Below, piece by piece: positions 55,591 to 58,717 of a DNA stretch of 58,717 nucleotides. The notes under the pieces are model-generated. The model saw only the letters and a list, made by a program, of their open reading frames with translations, was not told where the DNA came from and did no database searches. Source of the DNA: a virus. The stretch is from the IMG/VR virus record IMGVR_UViG_3300045988_156049. The stretch is one strand, 5' to 3'. The stretch's first letter is position 1, and each line of letters opens with the position of its first letter. Made by a program: the position numbers and the translations under genes.

Positions 55591-55968
55591 ATGACTGATT
55601 TTGAATTATTTATAGAGGCGAATAGACTAAGAAAAAAAGATTTAGCGGACTATATTGGCTCATCTCCGCAGTATATTACCCAACTTTGCAATGGAACGCG
55701 CCGTCTTTCTCAAGATAAAATTGCTTTATTAAAGCAAAATACGATGGGCTGGGACACGTCAATGTTGCAAGTTGACACTCCGACGACGAGCATATCGGCT
55801 AAAGCCACGGGCAACGGTTCCGCCAAAGTAAGCATTGGTAGCCACAACGCACTGCCGCCCACGCACGCCGCGGAACTGTCGGAACAGGCCACGCGAATAG
55901 CGGTCTTGGAGAAGGAGAACGAGATGCTCAGGGAGCAGCTGGAGTTTATGAAAACATTAATTAAATAA
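55591..55968 (+). CDS. XRE-family HTH repressor (CI-like candidate) with a C-terminal coiled coil
   Basis: FIEANRLRKKDLADYIGSSPQYITQLCNGTRRLSQDKIALL is an XRE HTH. The C-terminus RIAVLEKENEMLREQLEFMK is zipper-like. The ATG at 55591 lies inside the track ORF 55552-55968. Confidence 0.7.
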   Translation: MTDFELFIEANRLRKKDLADYIGSSPQYITQLCNGTRRLSQDKIALLKQNTMGWDTSMLQVDTPTTSISAKATGNGSAKVSIGSHNALPPTHAAELSEQATRIAVLEKENEMLREQLEFMKTLIK

Positions 55969-55996
55969 CGCGTGCATGCGGTGCAAGAATTAATTC

Positions 55997-57064
55997 ATGC
56001 TTTTTGATATGTCAGGTGGATTTAAGAGTTACGTTGTATGTTGTCTGATTATGGTTAACATTATGGCAACATGCCCTGTAATTGCGCAGAGTGGTGGGAT
56101 GTCGTATTATCGCAAACTTGAAAAACAAGAATTCTTAGATGTCCCACATTCGGATATTCGAAAAATAAGAAGTTTGATTTTTGAGTATGATGTTAAAGAC
56201 TTCGTTTTCGAACAGCCGAAAGTTCGTACAGCTTCTGATTTCTGGATGTCGGTTTTCCAGAATAACAGAATGGCTAACAGTATGATTGAGGCTATCAATA
56301 GAAAGGGGCGCTTAATAATGCAAGCGGCGGATACATTAGCTGTGAATATGGCCAATGTCTGCCGATATTGTAATAGCATTGCCACATCTGATGAGTACCA
56401 GTTTATTGCAGATTCACTAATGTCAATAACTCAAGCATCTATAGATTTCCCAAATGTTGCGTGTAAAATTGCAGACGACAATACTCTGAACGCATGCGCT
56501 CTTCCTAACGGACAGATCTTCATCAATGGTGGGCTTTTGGGTATAATGGATTATCCTGAAATAATTGGGGTCGTTTCGCACGAGATAGCTCATGTGATAC
56601 TCGAACACCAGTTAGCCCACGAGTATATGATGCTAAAGAAAAGGCGTGGACTAGAAATTGCTTCTGCGGTTATGATGGGGATCAATACTGCCGCAGCTGG
56701 TTTTGGAGCGGCTAATGGTGTTGAAACGGATTGGGATGACGTGAAAAAGACCAATCAAGAACTTGCGGATTCTCCCACGCGGTATGTGAATGAATTTTAC
56801 ACATTTAAGTATTCTCGTGAACAGGAGATTGAGGCGGATATTGTTGCTTATAGGTTTCTTGATTTCATGTGTGATGGCGGAGAATATTATATTTCTGCTT
56901 TACAGAAACTTTCTTCAGAGGATGAAAAAAAATTTTACAATAAACAGTGTGACCACCCGACAACAGCGTTTAGAATTAACTTGTTACGATATCTCAGATT
57001 CTTGGATAAGTTCCCAGAGTATGCGGCATCGTTAAGGTCATTGTATGAACGGGGCAATGTTTAG
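55997..57064 (+). CDS. M48-family (Ste24/HtpX/BepA-like) zinc metallopeptidase with an N-terminal signal/TM
   Basis: LNACALPNGQIFINGGLLGIMDYPEIIGVVSHEIAHVILEHQ shows the M48 context around HExxH. The N-terminal hydrophobic segment is YVVCCLIMVNIMATCPVIAQS. Confidence 0.75.
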   Translation: MLFDMSGGFKSYVVCCLIMVNIMATCPVIAQSGGMSYYRKLEKQEFLDVPHSDIRKIRSLIFEYDVKDFVFEQPKVRTASDFWMSVFQNNRMANSMIEAINRKGRLIMQAADTLAVNMANVCRYCNSIATSDEYQFIADSLMSITQASIDFPNVACKIADDNTLNACALPNGQIFINGGLLGIMDYPEIIGVVSHEIAHVILEHQLAHEYMMLKKRRGLEIASAVMMGINTAAAGFGAANGVETDWDDVKKTNQELADSPTRYVNEFYTFKYSREQEIEADIVAYRFLDFMCDGGEYYISALQKLSSEDEKKFYNKQCDHPTTAFRINLLRYLRFLDKFPEYAASLRSLYERGNV

Positions 57065-57114
57065 ATAGTATTAAATTTTTAAAATTAGTAGTAACGGATA
57101 GTGTTCCTGAAGAC

Positions 57115-57145
57115 TTTGATAAACAAATAAGATATTATATATTTG
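57115..57145 (+). promoter_or_regulatory. Bacteroides-type promoter for the toxin-antitoxin pair
   Basis: TTTG (57115-57118), 19 nt, then TATATTTG (57138-57145). This fits -33 TTTG / -7 TAnnTTTG. The ATG is at 57164. Confidence 0.5.
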
Positions 57146-57163
57146 CGAAATAGGAGGAACGAT

Positions 57164-57310
57164 ATGAAAAATGATGAGAAGAAAATTCTTTCGAAGGAAA
57201 CGAAAAAACAGCCGAAAGACAAGGATAGAAAGTACAGCAAGACTTACGAGGCTGCATTGAAACTGAAGGGCAGCATCAAGGTTAATGACTTGACACTATT
57301 CTTCAGGTAA
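57164..57310 (+). CDS. Putative antitoxin (48 aa) of the PIN toxin
   Basis: MKNDEKKILSKETKKQPKDKDRKYSKTYEAALKLKGSIKVNDLTLFFR. Its TAA shares its last A with the PIN ATG (TAATG). It is preceded by AGGAGG. Confidence 0.5.
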   Translation: MKNDEKKILSKETKKQPKDKDRKYSKTYEAALKLKGSIKVNDLTLFFR

Positions 57311-57738
57311 TGCGCTATCTCATTGACACCAACATTTTTATATATGCAGCCACTGATGTCGACTCTCTTAAGGATGATGTTCTTGAGATTGTTCAGGACT
57401 ATGACACCGAGTTGTGCATGAGTGCAGTGTCTGTCCGTGAATTGATTGTTGCGTTCAGACATAAGGGATTCGATACAAGGAAATGGCGCAGTGCAGAGAA
57501 GCTGGTGAAATCTATCACTGATGAGTTCTTTATCAGCATACTGCCGGTTGGCATGGATGTGATGGAGACATATGCCAAACTTCAACTGAACGAGCGAGAG
57601 GGACACAATGACCCGAGTGATCATGTCATCATCTCTCAGGCCTTGACTGAACGACTTCCGCTGATTTCAAGCGACCGCCGTTTTCTCTACTATAGGAATC
57701 AGGGACTTGATCTGATTTTTAATGGTAAGGAAGACTAA
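57310..57738 (+). CDS. PIN-domain ribonuclease toxin (VapC-like)
   Basis: MRYLIDTNIFIY (Asp1), SAVSVRELI (Glu), HNDPSDHVII (Asp) and LISSDRRF (Asp). Confidence 0.8.
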   Translation: MRYLIDTNIFIYAATDVDSLKDDVLEIVQDYDTELCMSAVSVRELIVAFRHKGFDTRKWRSAEKLVKSITDEFFISILPVGMDVMETYAKLQLNEREGHNDPSDHVIISQALTERLPLISSDRRFLYYRNQGLDLIFNGKED

Positions 57739-57746
57739 TAGTGATT

Positions 57747-58076
57747 ATGGACTATCGTATAAATGTATCGGACATTATGACCGGCAAATCGTACCCGGAT
57801 GCCGGTGCAAGTTTGTATGTCATACTTACTCAGAATCTTGATAAGGACAGGATTGTGCTTGACATGAAAGGAATCACTGTCGTCCCGTCGATGTTCCTCA
57901 ATACGTCGATAGGACGGTTGATCACCGAGAAAGGTGTGTCGGTAGTGAAGCAGAAAATAGCTTTCTGCAATATCCTTACAAGCCAGATGGTGCATATCCG
58001 TGAATACGTCCGCCAGTATAGTGCATATCGGTATGGAATCCGCCGGCGGCAGATAATGTTAATTAAAAATTTGTAA
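57747..58076 (+). CDS. STAS-like DUF4325 domain protein
   Basis: RIVLDMKGITVVPSMFLNTSIGRLITEKGVSVVKQKIAFCNI fits the v.lDf.gv..h.ssFl...hg.l pattern. The ATG is at 57747. The track start at 57741 is GTG. Confidence 0.5.
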   Translation: MDYRINVSDIMTGKSYPDAGASLYVILTQNLDKDRIVLDMKGITVVPSMFLNTSIGRLITEKGVSVVKQKIAFCNILTSQMVHIREYVRQYSAYRYGIRRRQIMLIKNL

Positions 58077-58078
58077 CT

Positions 58079-58564
58079 ATGGATGAAGATGGTCATGCCC
58101 CTAATGGCGATCTCAGAACCGTGATTATGGACATTTTCGAGAAGGAGATAAAGCCTGTCCTGCTCAAGATATACGAGGACGACAGGTCCATGCTCAAGGA
58201 TTCAGAGGGTCGTATAGACCGCACTAACGGAATGATCCAGAAACTTGTAGACGCATGCAAGTTGGTTGAGGCTGCATACACGAGCCACGTGAGCTCTCTC
58301 CAGACATCTAGGGACATCTCGCAAAGAAACAACGCGAAACTCATCACTGCCAATGAACGTATGACCAGGATGATGGACACCGCGAGAACCGATTACATGA
58401 AAGACCGGGAACGCCTGCTCGAAGACCTCAAGTCCCTGAAGGACGAAATGCACAAAGCCACGGACAAATACTGGGAGCTGATGGCCTCATACCAGCGACT
58501 GGCAGAGGACATAAGCAGGAAGAAGTCCTCCTCCAGGGCAGAGGTGAAAATCAACCACCATTGA
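58079..58564 (+). CDS. Hypothetical coiled-coil protein
   Basis: 161 aa, heptad-rich and charged. It is the last gene before the right repeat. Confidence 0.55.
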   Translation: MDEDGHAPNGDLRTVIMDIFEKEIKPVLLKIYEDDRSMLKDSEGRIDRTNGMIQKLVDACKLVEAAYTSHVSSLQTSRDISQRNNAKLITANERMTRMMDTARTDYMKDRERLLEDLKSLKDEMHKATDKYWELMASYQRLAEDISRKKSSSRAEVKINHH

Positions 58565-58572
58565 CATCTTTT

Positions 58573-58592
58573 GTTCCTATTTTGTTTCTTTT
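58573..58592 (+). promoter_or_regulatory. Second copy of the 20-bp arm-type element, upstream of the right NUDIX start
   Basis: GTTCCTATTTTGTTTCTTTT is identical to 243-262 and contains TTTGTTTCT (58581-58589). Confidence 0.45.
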
Positions 58593-58598
58593 GAAAAA

Positions 58599-58717
58599 AT
58601 GAGCGAGAAATTGAAGAGAGTTGAAGTGGTAGCTGCGATATTGATACACAATAACTTAGTATTCGCTTGCCAGCGCGGATATGGTGAGTTCAAGGACGGA
58701 TGGGAGTTTCCCGGCGG
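58599..58717 (+). repeat. Terminal direct repeat, right copy
   Basis: Identical to 1-119. Confidence 0.9.
58599..58717 (+). CDS. NUDIX (MutT-like) hydrolase, 5' end, runs off the window
   Basis: The same 39.7 codons as 1-119 (MSEKLKRVEVVAAIL...GWEFPG). Whether it continues into an intact Nudix box cannot be seen. Confidence 0.55.
   Translation, partial: MSEKLKRVEVVAAILIHNNLVFACQRGYGEFKDGWEFPG

Larger units (their letters stand above)
1..58717 (+). mobile_element. Complete temperate tailed-phage genome (prophage between attL/attR, or circular contig with 119-bp terminal overlap)
   Basis: Integrase, XRE repressor, Xis-like HTH, TerL, portal, capsid, fibres and holin-endolysin-spanin are all present. 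An identical 119-bp sequence sits at both window ends. Confidence 0.85.

Noticed and set aside
1-58717. Stop-codon reassignment (TAG or TGA recoding as in some gut Bacteroidota phages)
   Set aside because: Genes end cleanly at TAA, TAG and TGA with the next ATG 0-4 nt away. The SSB remnant ends DDLPF-TAG exactly where an SSB should end. No family-recognisable gene is interrupted by an in-frame stop.

Overview
This window reads as one complete temperate tailed-phage genome of Bacteroidota type, about 58.6 kb unique. The host assignment rests on BACON/Ig-like fibre domains, TAnnTTTG promoter boxes, almost no Shine-Dalgarno sites, and an IntDOT/NBU-like integrase. The two window ends are an identical 119-bp direct repeat (1-119 = 58599-58717). 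That repeat encodes the first 40 codons of a NUDIX/MutT-like hydrolase. So the element is either a prophage caught between attL and attR inside that host gene, or a circular assembly whose terminal overlap falls on an attP that mimics the gene's 5' end. Modules in order: (1) Tyrosine integrase (297-1619). (2) A rightward virion-cargo block: two small internal-protein candidates, one 15.35-kb gene for a 5117-aa polyvalent multi-enzyme protein (3992-19345), then the portal. (3) A leftward packaging operon: TerS candidate, a compact rhomboid protease, TerL. (4) A rightward block with scaffold, capsid, BACON/Ig-like fibres, a lysis cassette (holin, M15 endolysin, u-spanin candidate) and further virion genes. 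(5) A long leftward early operon: Xis-like HTH, RecT, a PD-(D/E)XK-FtsK fusion, a replication-organiser candidate with internal iterons, a 31-codon SSB remnant, a Pnk-like kinase, HNH, methyltransferase, ASCH, VRR-NUC and many small Zn-ribbon ORFs. (6) A rightward lysogeny/moron block: XRE repressor, M48 peptidase, PIN toxin-antitoxin, STAS-like DUF4325. I saw no rRNA, CRISPR array, transposase, reverse transcriptase, or phage DNA polymerase, primase or helicase. The most unusual items are the giant polyvalent gene, the rhomboid inside the terminase operon together with a capsid protein carrying an N-terminal membrane-anchor-like extension, the split or permuted BACON halves on fibre proteins, the mini-SSB, and the nuclease-FtsK fusion beside RecT. 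All family calls come from reading motifs by eye in the supplied translations. No searches or computations were run.
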